Source: Catajapyx aquilonaris
Lineage: Eukaryota
Length of the DNA: 20,000 nucleotides
Assembly (NCBI GenBank): GCA_000934665.2
Contig: JYFJ02001492.1
Span: forward strand, 58,056-78,055
Direction of reading: 5' to 3'
Below the pieces are notes generated by a model. The model ran no database searches and was not told the origin of the DNA. It was given only the letters and a program-made list of their open reading frames with translations. Shown one piece after another: positions 10,873 through 20,000 of this stretch. Positions within the stretch are counted from its first letter, which is position 1. The number at the start of each line of letters is the position of its first letter. Both the position numbers and the translations under genes were made by a program.

Positions 10873-11544
10873 CTGTAAATACAAAAGATTTGGGTAATAA
10901 CAAATTGGAAACATTCTTTAATCACCACTACCATCATCATAAGATACCCCACAATAATCGAAGTACTTTTGCTGCCAAGCAACTGGCTGCCATCTGGAAT
11001 ACCCGTTGCCAAGGGAGATGCATCCTAGGTGCATCAACAAATCATTTGAAATGAGAAATCAATCAAATATGAAATCACAATAAATTAAAGAGATTTCAGT
11101 CCAAGCTTGGAGCTTGGCAAACCCACAATCAAGTTCATTGGCCTGTGGCACCACAAGATGGAGAGTAAATGCTGCAGATACAAAACCCATACTAAGGGCC
11201 TAGCTTGCTACACTCACAATTGACTAAAATCATCTGGCAATGTGACAAACCATGCCTGGCAAGGCCACAAGACAAACAGTACTGGTCCCCTCACAACAAA
11301 GCCATACAGATGATACCAATACAACATGCGCACAACACTGACTCAGTAACCAATTGATGGGATACCCCCTACGATAGGCCTGTAGCCCCTCATGAGAAAC
11401 CCACATGAACATGGGAGAAAACTTGTCAGAAGCCCATGGCATGATATTAAGAAGGTAACTAGACTCCATGGGATTTTATTGAAAAATTCATGATACATCT
11501 GAGTGAATTCGTGTAAACATATTCACGTAATTCGATTATTATTG

Positions 11545-11718
11545 CCAACAATTGACGTATCGTCAACAGCGTATAACCTGAGAACCGATACTCCCTACAG
11601 AAATGAGGTTTGGACCAGCCGATTTGTTAAGGTTTTCCAAATCGGCTGGTCCAAACCTCATATCCGGAGGAGTATCGGTTCTCGAGTTATGCGCTGTTGA
11701 CAATACGTCAATTGTTGG
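11545..11718. repeat. Long palindrome, ~82-bp arms with 11-nt loop
   Basis: ccaacaattgacgtatcgtcaacagcg...atgaggtttggaccagccgatttg pairs with caaatcggctggtccaaacctcat...cgctgttgacaatacgtcaattgttgg. Confidence 0.9.
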
Positions 11719-11725
11719 GTGTATA

Positions 11726-12112
11726 CAGGGTGGTCCAACTTCAAGTGTCGTTTTATAACGGCGATTGATAGCAGTGAGTTTGCGATGACGCAGCAGCTAC
11801 ATGTAAAATGGCCCACTTTGGCGCCATCGAAAATATTAGCTGCCAATAGTAGCACACATGTAATGAACCCTGCTGCTGGGTTGACCTGGAAAAAAAGTAG
11901 GTGCACACATGACCTGAGATGCGCCTGGGTGAAATGGGTGACGCCCAAGGCACCAGATGGACCTGTAACGCAAGGGGGAAGCCTGCAAACGAAACACAGC
12001 TAACATTTCCGATGGCGCCAAAGTGGGCATTTTACACATCGCTGCTACGTCAATCGTTAAGCGCTTCTATTAATAGCCGTTATAAAACGACACTTGAAGT
12101 TGGACCACCCTG
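11726..12112. mobile_element. Tc1/mariner-type MITE (CAGGGTG termini, ~115-bp TIRs)
   Basis: TA flanks. The outer 37 bp are perfect (cagggtggtccaacttcaagtgtcgttttataacggc) and pairing is imperfect to ~115 bp. Confidence 0.88.
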
Positions 12113-12379
12113 TATAAGAAGAAATGCCACAAATGTTTAAAAATTCCAGTTCGAGTGATAATATGTTTCAATTTTTGGGGTAATATTTCTTGTGTTCGGC
12201 GTTTACTTATTGCCATAAATAAAAATACTAAAGCATAAATTCGTGATAATCATATTAATTAATTAATATTTATAGTTGAAAATGTAAGTTTTCGAGAATA
12301 TTCTTTTTAACAAAATAGGTAATATCTGAGCCTCTGTTGAACCTAGAATGACCCGTTACTTTTTTGGTTTGTAGTGTAA

Positions 12380-12700
12380 AGACGGCTTCACACAAGCAGT
12401 AGCAGCCGCAGTTGGAGTCGGAGTCGTCGCAAGGTCCCGCAAATCAGCGAGTAGTCGGGTTTCACACGGGTGTTTCCTTTACGGAGTTACTGCTGCCACT
12501 TGTCCAGTCAGCCCACCAATCAGCCCGCCTGAAGGTCCCGCCATTCTGCCCGATTGGCCATCCGCTCATAGCCGCAGTTGCAAGATTCCAAAAGACCGGC
12601 CTGTCCAACTTTCGTGCGGTGCGACTGCGACAGCTGCCGACTCGCGCTCATTGGCGGGTGGAGTCCAACTCCGACTCCAACTACCCGTGTGAAACTGCCT
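12380..12700. mobile_element. PIF/Harbinger-like MITE
   Basis: TAA|agacggcttcacac ... gtgtgaaactgcct|TTA. Subterminal gttggagtcggagt is inverted at both ends. The TWA flanks are not identical. Confidence 0.6.
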
Positions 12701-13337
12701 TTATTCACGGCACTTTCAACGGTGCCTCACACTTTCAATTTGTACTGTAAGTTTAGGCTTGAGAAAGAGAAAACCTCTGCTTGGTGGTGATGCTAAACTT
12801 TTGACCAGTAGTGTATATGCCAGATTAAAAATGTAATCGCCAGAGCTTCAAAACTCAGCAAAGTTCATCTCTGTATGTGTTACCGCTTGTGAATAAAAAA
12901 ATACATGCAATGACTTATGAAACAACCCACGTACATAAAGCAATTTATTACTATGGCTGCCAAATGTATTGGCCAGAGGTGATGGGTATATACCGCCGCC
13001 CATTGGCCGCTGGCAGAAACTGACGTGCTGGTGACTATCCCTGTCGCTATTAGAGGCGAGGGTGGGAAGGTGGGGGGGATTGGGAGAGGATGCGAAGGAG
13101 GGAGACCAGATCAGAGGGGGGAGTCGTATGTGTCCGGCTGGTTCAATGGGAAAAAGAGACAGATTATGTGGGCTTCGTCGGCTAATAAGTGCAAGGTCAC
13201 GGGCATTTTTCAGACTAGGAATTTGTGTATCATTACGATTTCCCACAATTATCTGCGATGCGCGTTGACCGCGCTGTAAATGTGTCAGTTCATTCTTTTA
13301 TCGATGCAGTATTCCGTGCTGCAACAATGCATGAATA

Positions 13338-13369
<32 letters not shown>

Positions 13370-13434
13370 GGTGATTCACACTGCAAAACAATCCAATCGG
13401 ATGTAGGTGTTCATTTTTGACTCAACAATATTAA

Positions 13435-14095
13435 CCCTTTGACCACTACGGACATCATATGATGTCCTGAGATTTGCCCTGACAACTTGGGACATTTTTC
13501 AACTCATAAAATTCCAACCTCACAGATTTTCTTGCAATTCGGTGCATTGGTAGCCCACCCCAAGGGATGAAAAACGCACCTATAATTAAGGTGAAATGGG
13601 GTAAGTGCATACAAGGGGTAAGTGCATAAACTGGCCGCCATATTGGAATGAAAATGGCTGACTTGCTCACCTCTTGTGGGGATGTGATGTGCAGCTACAC
13701 AAAAGAGTGCCTGACGTGTTTTGGTGTCGTCAGCCATTTTCATTCCAATATGGCGGCCCCGTGTATGCACTTACCCCACTTCACCTTTACCTGCTCGAAA
13801 TGACCCTGTGACCCATATTGGAGGGGGGCATATGTCAATGAACGAATTTCAAGAAAATCGGTGAGGTCAGAATTTTATGATTTGACCTCTGCCCCGCTCA
13901 AAAATGGGTCACACGGTCATTTTGATCAGGTAACTATAGGTAATCTGGGGGTAATCCGGGCAGTCTGGAGGTAATCCAGGCAGTCCGCGGATTATTAGTC
14001 ATTAATATCACTCTTCATCAAATTTCCGGAAAGGGGGGAAAAAGAACTCAGGCCTTGGGGCAAGGCAATGGCTCAAAAACTTCGTCGTCAAAGGG
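13435..14095. mobile_element. piggyBac-like non-autonomous element
   Basis: TTAA|ccctttgac ... gtcaaaggg|TTAA. The other foldback arm has a single TTAA at the empty site (15938-15941). Confidence 0.92.
13589..13786. mobile_element. PIF/Harbinger-like MITE nested in the piggyBac-like element
   Basis: TTA|aggtgaaatggggtaagtgcatac ... gtatgcacttaccccacttcacct|TTA. The empty site is visible in the host's internal inverted repeat at 13904-13941. Confidence 0.85.
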
Positions 14096-14508
14096 TTAAC
14101 AACAATGAAAACCATGATCCGACCGTGGTCCGATCGCGATTTTCAATGCCCACATGAATGACGTCATTGAGGTGGGCCATATCTCGGACATCATTGTTGA
14201 AAGAAACAATAATATTGTCTTCGCCGCTTGCTAGTTTTTCACTTCCAGCACTGACTTCCGAACAACTCCAACACAAATGCACATTATTGTATTACTTGAT
14301 GTGTCGGTTATGAACAAACTCCAATTTTACTGGCCCAGGAGGTTTTGAAGGTAAGTAAACACATTATCGTGGTTTCCAGCGAGGTTTAAAAATTATTTCT
14401 CTTTAGCCACATATCCAGTGCGATTATTTTGGGGGAATTTTTTAAAGCATAAAACATTCATGGTGTTTCAACTTTTTTGTCCAAACAGTTGTCAGAAATA
14501 TTGCACTA

Positions 14509-15424
14509 TACGAGGAGCGTTCTGAAAGTTCGCGACTTTTCCTTGAAAAACAAGAGGCGTAGGCAAACAACGATATATTATTTTTCAACATAGCCTCCTT
14601 TCATGTTAATAAGCTTTGTCCCGAGTTTCTCCCATTGTTTTATTCGGTCCCAAAAAAATGGTTTTTGAAACCCCACCCGACACCCCACCCAACACAGAAA
14701 TCACTCCAAAGACAGATCCATGGACCCTTCCATAAAGTTGATTTAGATATTGGGGAATAGGAAAAGGCTGAAAGTTTCGTTTTGTAGCACTAACAGTGCG
14801 AAAAAGACATCCTTGTCATGGAAAATAATTCCGAGTTGGTCTGTGACAGCTCAGCTTGAGTGGCAAACTGTGAGGCTGAGCGGTACCCAATTGAGAAGAG
14901 ACCTAGCTAAGGGGAAGGTGTTGATGAAGGATGTCATCAACATAGCCAAACCAATGGCCAGGACCTCTGCTACGTAACACACCATCAACTGCCTGTCTCC
15001 CATTACCATGGTCTCCACAGCAAAGATGTTTCAATCGATCACAGCAATCGCTGGCCTTCCCGAGTGGGGGTCATCTTCTATGCTCTCTTTCCCACACTTG
15101 AAGCATACGACGCATATCGTAACCAATGGGTATGATGGAACAACAGCCCCTCATTGTCTCTGGCATGTCCTATAAATATCCACAGTGCTCATCCACTTCA
15201 AGGTGAGATATTTGATGACAGAACGCTGATCAGTGTTGTCCATGCAGAAGACTCACTGCACTTTGCACTACTCTCAATTTTTTCCTCCCTTTTGTATGAT
15301 TCATATAGGAATGATGAAATATCCTGTGATCAGCCCAAGAATGCCTCTACTTGCTGCCCCATTTTCATATCGAATATCAAACTCCTTAATGAAAAAGTCG
15401 CGAACTTCCAGAACGCCCCTCGTA
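14509..15424 (-). mobile_element. Internally deleted mariner element with transposase pseudogene (~15243 to 14578)
   Basis: TIRs tacgaggagcgttctgaaagttcgcgactttt and aaaagtcgcgaacttccagaacgcccctcgta. Minus-strand relics: MDNTDQRSVIKYL, FKCGKESIEDDPHSGRP, WVP, FLFP, GGYVEK*. Confidence 0.9.
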
Positions 15425-16513
15425 AGCTGCTACTTTGTAAGCAGTGACTTGCAACCGGTTTGTCAGAGGAATGGGGATTATTCCCTGTGAATCTTAGGTT
15501 GAAGTGGCATACAGTGCATACAAAGTAGCAGCTTAGTGCAATATTTCCGATAACTGTTCGGACAAAAAAGTTGAAACACCCTGTATGTTTTATGCTTTAA
15601 AAAATTCCCCCAAAATAATCGCACTGGATATGTGGCTAAAGAGAAATAATTTTCAAACCTCACTGGAAACCACGATAATGTGTTTACTTACCTTCAAAAC
15701 CTCTCGGGCCAGTAACATTAGAGTTTGTTCATAACCGACACATCAAGTAATACAATAATGTGCATTTGTGTTGGAGTTGTTCGGAAGTCATTGCTGGAAG
15801 TGAAAAACTAGCAAGCAGTGAAGACAATTGTTTCTTTCAACAATGATGTCCGAGATATGGCCTACCTCAATGATGTCATTCATGCGGAACTTGAACATTG
15901 CAATCGGACCACGGTCAGATCATGGTTTTCATTGTTGTTAATATTGTTGAGTCAAAAATGAACACCTACATCTGATCAGATTGTTTTGCAGTGTGAATCA
16001 TCATCATCATCATTATTCATGCATCGTCGTCGCATGGAATACTGCATCGATAAAAGAATGACCTGACAACTGACACATTTACAGCGCGGTCAACGCGCAT
16101 CACAGATAATTGTGGGAAATCGTAATGATACACAAATTCCAAGTCTGAAAAATGCCCGTGACCTTGCACTTATTAGCCGGCGAAGCCCACATAATCTGTC
16201 TCTCTTTCCCATTGAACCAAGCCGGACACATACGACTCCCCCCTCTGATCTGGTCTCCCTCCTTCGCATCCTCTCCCAATCCCCCCCACCTTCCCACCCT
16301 CGCCTCTAATAGCGGCAGGGATAGTCACCAGCACGTCAGTTTCTGCCAGCGGCCAATGGGCGGCGGTATATACCCATCACCTCTGGCCAATACATTTGGC
16401 GGCCACAGTACACAGGCAACATACTGTACCCATCACTAAATTACAATTACACTATAAAGAAAAAAAAATGAACATGTTAAAATTGTGGCATTAGAAACTA
16501 AAATCAGACTTAC

Positions 16514-16633
16514 CAAGGGAATATTTGCCATGCACTCATAATGGTACACAGGAGACTTTATGGCAATAGAATGTGTTGCAGGCACTTTCCGAGCTGCATT
16601 GAAGTACATCTCATATATAGTGGAGTTGGGACT
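16514..16633 (-). CDS. TMEM87A: Probable TMEM87-like upstream exon (SPNSTIYEMYFNAARKVPATHSIAIKSPVYHYECMANIPL)
   Basis: Acceptor ttttccag after a pyrimidine tract, donor gtaagt. 120 nt, open, phase 0/0. Unique sequence between two transposons. Confidence 0.68.
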
Positions 16634-16707
16634 CTGGAAAATTAAGAAAAAGGGGAATAATTTCACCATTTAACTGCTAAAAATTTGAAGGTAAAATAAA
16701 GGACACG

Positions 16708-17204
16708 GCACAAAATGTACGGGCGAGTGGCCTTCCGTTCGATTAGCCTGAAAATTGGATATGTTGCAGCCCAGACCGTCCTGATCAATGTTGTATAGGG
16801 ACATTTCGAGGTAGGACCTGCAGGGAGCATGCTTATCGCTATTCATCGAAGAGGCTACTCAATACCATAGAAGACTGATATGAGAAAAACCTTCCTTACA
16901 TTGACCCAATGAATGTTGAAGTGCAGCTGGAGGATACTCCAGATGACAACCTTCAAGAGGTAGAATTTGAACCAGATGAATAGGTAATAAAGATTAATAG
17001 ATAATTTAATGCAATAACCATTGAGTTCCTGAGACTTACTGTAGTCTACTACTCCCCCTATTACCTGCGGAGGTCATTAGCATGCTCCCTGTAGGTCCTA
17101 ACTCGAAATGTCCCTATCCAACATTGATCAGGATGGTCTGGGCCACAACATATCCCATTTTCAGGCAAATCGAACAGAAGGCCACTCGCCCATATATTTT
17201 GTGC
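16708..17204. mobile_element. MITE-like element with ~125-bp inverted arms, superfamily unclear
   Basis: gcacaaaatgtacgggcgagtggccttc...cagggagcatgct pairs with agcatgctccctg...gaaggccactcgcccatatattttgtgc. No clear TSD. Confidence 0.82.
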
Positions 17205-17275
17205 AGACAACATATCACAACTCAACTAGAAAATTGATGCACGTAAGGTGCGTGGCATGCATTCCAGGTGTTCTA

Positions 17276-18727
17276 CGAGGGCTATTTTTTAAGTTTCGAT
17301 GAGCTGTGAAAGAACAGTAACAGTAACGGAAAAAAAATTTCATCTTCACAGACATGAGATATATTCTCCTGCTACTTCTCCACATACGTCACTTTCGCAA
17401 TTGAGCCCCTTGTCATACCACAGCACCAGCTTTTGCATCCCTTGTCCATAGAAGGTTGCTGCATGAGTACTTAGCCAACCTGTCACACACTTTTCCAGCT
17501 CTTTGTTGTTCTCGAACTCACTGTGCACAACCTTTGTGATAACCCAGGTGTCCTCTCAGAATGTCATAAAGAGATGACTGAAATTTGGGACAAATCAGCA
17601 GAGAGGTCAGAAATTGTGAATCTGTGGTGCTTTCACACCACTTCCTCAATTGGTTCATCATCATCATCAGTCACCACAGACTTTCTCCCCTGACCTTCCT
17701 CATCATGGACATCAATTCGTCCTTCATGAAAATTCCAACACCATTTCCACACAGCACTGTCACTCATGCACTTTTCTCCAAACATGTTACATGATCTCCT
17801 GTAAATTTTGGCTGTTGTGTCCTGTTGCTTAGAGAACTCTAATTACAGAGCAAGCATCCCACTTGGTGGGAGTGTCGATTGTACAGGGTGTCCCACAAAT
17901 TACACTACCCAGAATTACATTAATAACTGTAACACAAATGAAGATATTGTAACGGAATTTGAACTCAAGCAACCTCAACACGTGAGAAAGGAATTGGAAT
18001 GGGTCTGGCAAATGTGGGTGCTGTAATAATGACGCTGGAGCGACGAATCGGCCAGACGACACCTGAGCAGTGGCGCGCGGCGGATGTCCTTGCTTCCTGA
18101 TCCAAACGTGGCCCAAACCTGTCAACAGGATGGGGCGACATGCCACACATCACATGTCAGCATGGTCGAAATAAAGTCCTTCTTCGGCGACCGAGTCATT
18201 TCGAAGGGACTGTGGCCACCGCGGTCACCCGATCTTACGCCACCTGATTACTTCTTATGGGGCTTTCTGAAAGGAAGAGTGTACCGCGACAATCCACGGT
18301 CCATCCAGGCCTTGAAGGACAACATCGTCCAGGAAATTCAGGCAGTACCGCAGGATATCCTAGCCAGAACATTCCAAAATATGTCGCGCCGTGTTGAGAC
18401 CGGCCTGGCCAATAATGGTGGCCATTTCCGTTGTGATGCCATTTCAAATCACACATGACAAGGTTAGTTCAGTTCAAATTTCGTTGCAATATCTTCATTT
18501 GTGTTGATGTTATGGAAGTAATTCTGGGTAGCGTAATTTGTGGGACACCCTGTATTAGGCATGCAAAGGCTGATGCCATGTTATGACAAATACCTCAATC
18601 AAGAACGTGACTATGTGGAGAAGTAGCACAAGAATGTATCTCACTTTTGTCAATATTTTAAAAAATTTCATAACTCTTGCTTTTTTCTTTTGCAGCTCAT
18701 CAGAACTTAATTTTTAAATAGCCCTGG
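17276..18727 (-). mobile_element. Decayed mariner element with long TIRs, interrupted by a second element
   Basis: TA|cgagggctattt ... aaatagccctgg|TA. Minus-strand relics: MPN/TIDTPTKWDACSVIRVL, MSDSAVWKWCWNFHEGRIDVHDEEGQGRKS, and C-terminal FYGQGMQKLVLWYDKGLN. The central catalytic region is deleted. Confidence 0.88.
17884..18552 (+). mobile_element. Internally deleted Tc1/mariner (rosa/maT-like DDxD) element retaining the transposase C-terminus
   Basis: TA|cagggtgtcccacaaattac ... gtaatttgtgggacaccctg|TA with ~85-bp TIRs. ORF 18084-18458 has QQDGATCHT...WPPRSPDLTPPDYFLWGFLK...GGHF. Confidence 0.92.
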
Positions 18728-19355
18728 TATAATCCTGTGGAGAAGAGGATCACTTTATAGTTTATACAGGGGGTTCATCTGTTCTCTGCAGCCTATAGCT
18801 ACAGAGAAAATGGCCTTTTAATATTAAGTATAGCTGGGACATTGCACATGCACCAGTGTCCCCCCCCCCCCCCCTATCCCTACCCTGTCCCTGCACGATA
18901 GTGGTAATCCACTCAGCGTCGGCTTGGCCGGGGCGGGACGCGGTCGTTTCCCCCCGGGGCCCCGGCCCCTTTCACCCAATGACCTAGTGCCTCTGGCGTT
19001 TTTAAAAGGAAATATGTCTAAATTGAAATAAAATAATGTAAAGCAGGAAAAAATGTGTCATTCACAATAATATTTCGCTTTGTCCACTCTGAAAGTTCTT
19101 GCTCTAGCGACAGGGTGCACCTTACCCGAGGCAAGGAGCCCTCACCCCCCACTGCTTTGAGTGCTTTGAAAGCATATTATCTTTCATCTACTTTCGGGCA
19201 AGATATTCTATGAAACTATTATTTTCATTTTCACATTTTCATGCAATATTGACTCTCTGTAAGTTGGGGAACACCTTATCCAACTGCATTCCTCCAACAA
19301 AAAACCCTACCTATACGGAAAATAAAGAGGAAAAAACAGTATTGTGCATTTAGTT

Positions 19356-19460
19356 AGCCTGACCAGACGTCCCGTATTGTACGGGACAGTTCCGTATTTA
19401 AACTCAATGTCCCGTTGTCCCAGAAGCTCCTGTCGGGACGCCCAAATGTCCCGTATTGTA
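19356..19460 (+). mobile_element. hAT (Blackjack/Tip100-like) terminal fragment
   Basis: tagcctgaccagacgtcccg followed by repeated gtcccg/cgggac subterminal motifs, resembling TAGGGTGACCA...GTCCCG hAT ends. No partner TIR confirmed. Confidence 0.45.
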
Positions 19461-20000
19461 AATTCGTATGTTATCAATGTCAAAATTAAGTATATATTTG
19501 GCCTTGGCCGTAATATTGCACTGTTCTATGGGTTCTTTTCCGTTTTGAATTCTGTTGAAATTTGGGGTCGCCAGGTAGGGTTATTGTGACCTTGAACGAA
19601 ATTTTTTTCGCCTGCAGCGAAATTTGAAAAGGGGTGAAAATGAGGCCCTTTTTTGATACATTTTTTTCATTAATTGACTGGGTCCAAACCCAATAAACAT
19701 GTATATCAAATGAAAAGGAATGACGAGAAGAATGCACCAATGGAATTTGTTTCCCTTGAGAATGTAACCAGAAACACGTGTGTCTCATTCCATTGGTCAC
19801 ATGCTCAGTCACATTGCCAAGAATTTGGACCCCTGACAATATTAGTGATGTATTTGCGTCAGAGCCGGCCTTAGGGGTGGCCCCGTGCCGTGAGACCTTG
19901 AATCCCCTTAGTGACCCACACTCATTTCACTGCAGCTGAGTATGCCCTGGGTTCAATCCCATGTCCCTCCCACCAGCTTTGAGTGGGTCCAGAGGGGAAC

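Larger units (their letters stand above)
12951..16408. mobile_element. Large foldback (palindromic) DNA element with ~0.9-kb arms and TA flanks, carrying nested insertions in its left arm
   Basis: Left arm (12951-13434, 14100-14508, 15425-~15456) is the reverse complement of the right arm (~15497-16408). Termini TA|ctatggctgccaaatgtatt and aatacatttggcggccacag|TA. Confidence 0.92.

Noticed and set aside
10930..11030. Possible extra TMEM87 exon (DASPLATGIPDG...)
   Set aside because: No convincing phase-0 donor, weak acceptor and no recognisable homology.
12848..16439. Near-identical ORF pairs on opposite strands (e.g. 12848-13246 with 16112-16439; 13062-13268 with 16100-16297)
   Set aside because: By-products of the foldback arms. 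Frames differ between arms by indels and there are no recognisable domains.
19230..19840. Possible further upstream TMEM87 exons (acceptor-like site near 19311; ORF 19486-19839)
   Set aside because: No TMEM87-like motif or signal peptide and no convincing acceptor/donor pair.

Overview
This is eukaryotic (animal, probably arthropod; inference) genomic DNA, not prokaryotic. It holds the 3' part of a minus-strand TMEM87A/B-like gene (lung seven-transmembrane receptor / GOST family). I reconstructed 11 coding exons from 16633 down to the TAA stop at 1367-1369. All have GT-AG boundaries and consistent phases, totalling 1434 nt (477 aa plus stop). The N-terminal exons lie beyond the window or were not recognised. 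Six introns are tiny (60-74 nt). The four larger ones (547, 3144, 4100 and 5641 nt) and the region upstream of 16633 are packed with non-autonomous or decayed DNA transposons (Tc1/mariner, pogo/Tigger, piggyBac-like, PIF/Harbinger-like, hAT-Buster, Sola-like), many of them palindromic. The most striking structure is a foldback element at 12951-16408 with ~0.9 kb arms. Its left arm carries a piggyBac-like insert, which itself carries a Harbinger-like MITE, plus a mariner relic; the intact partner arms preserve the empty target sites. I see no CRISPR array, rRNA, tRNA or new enzymatic system. The unusual content is structural: nested palindromic transposons, potential intronic dsRNA, cryptic exons and a CpG-decay signature.
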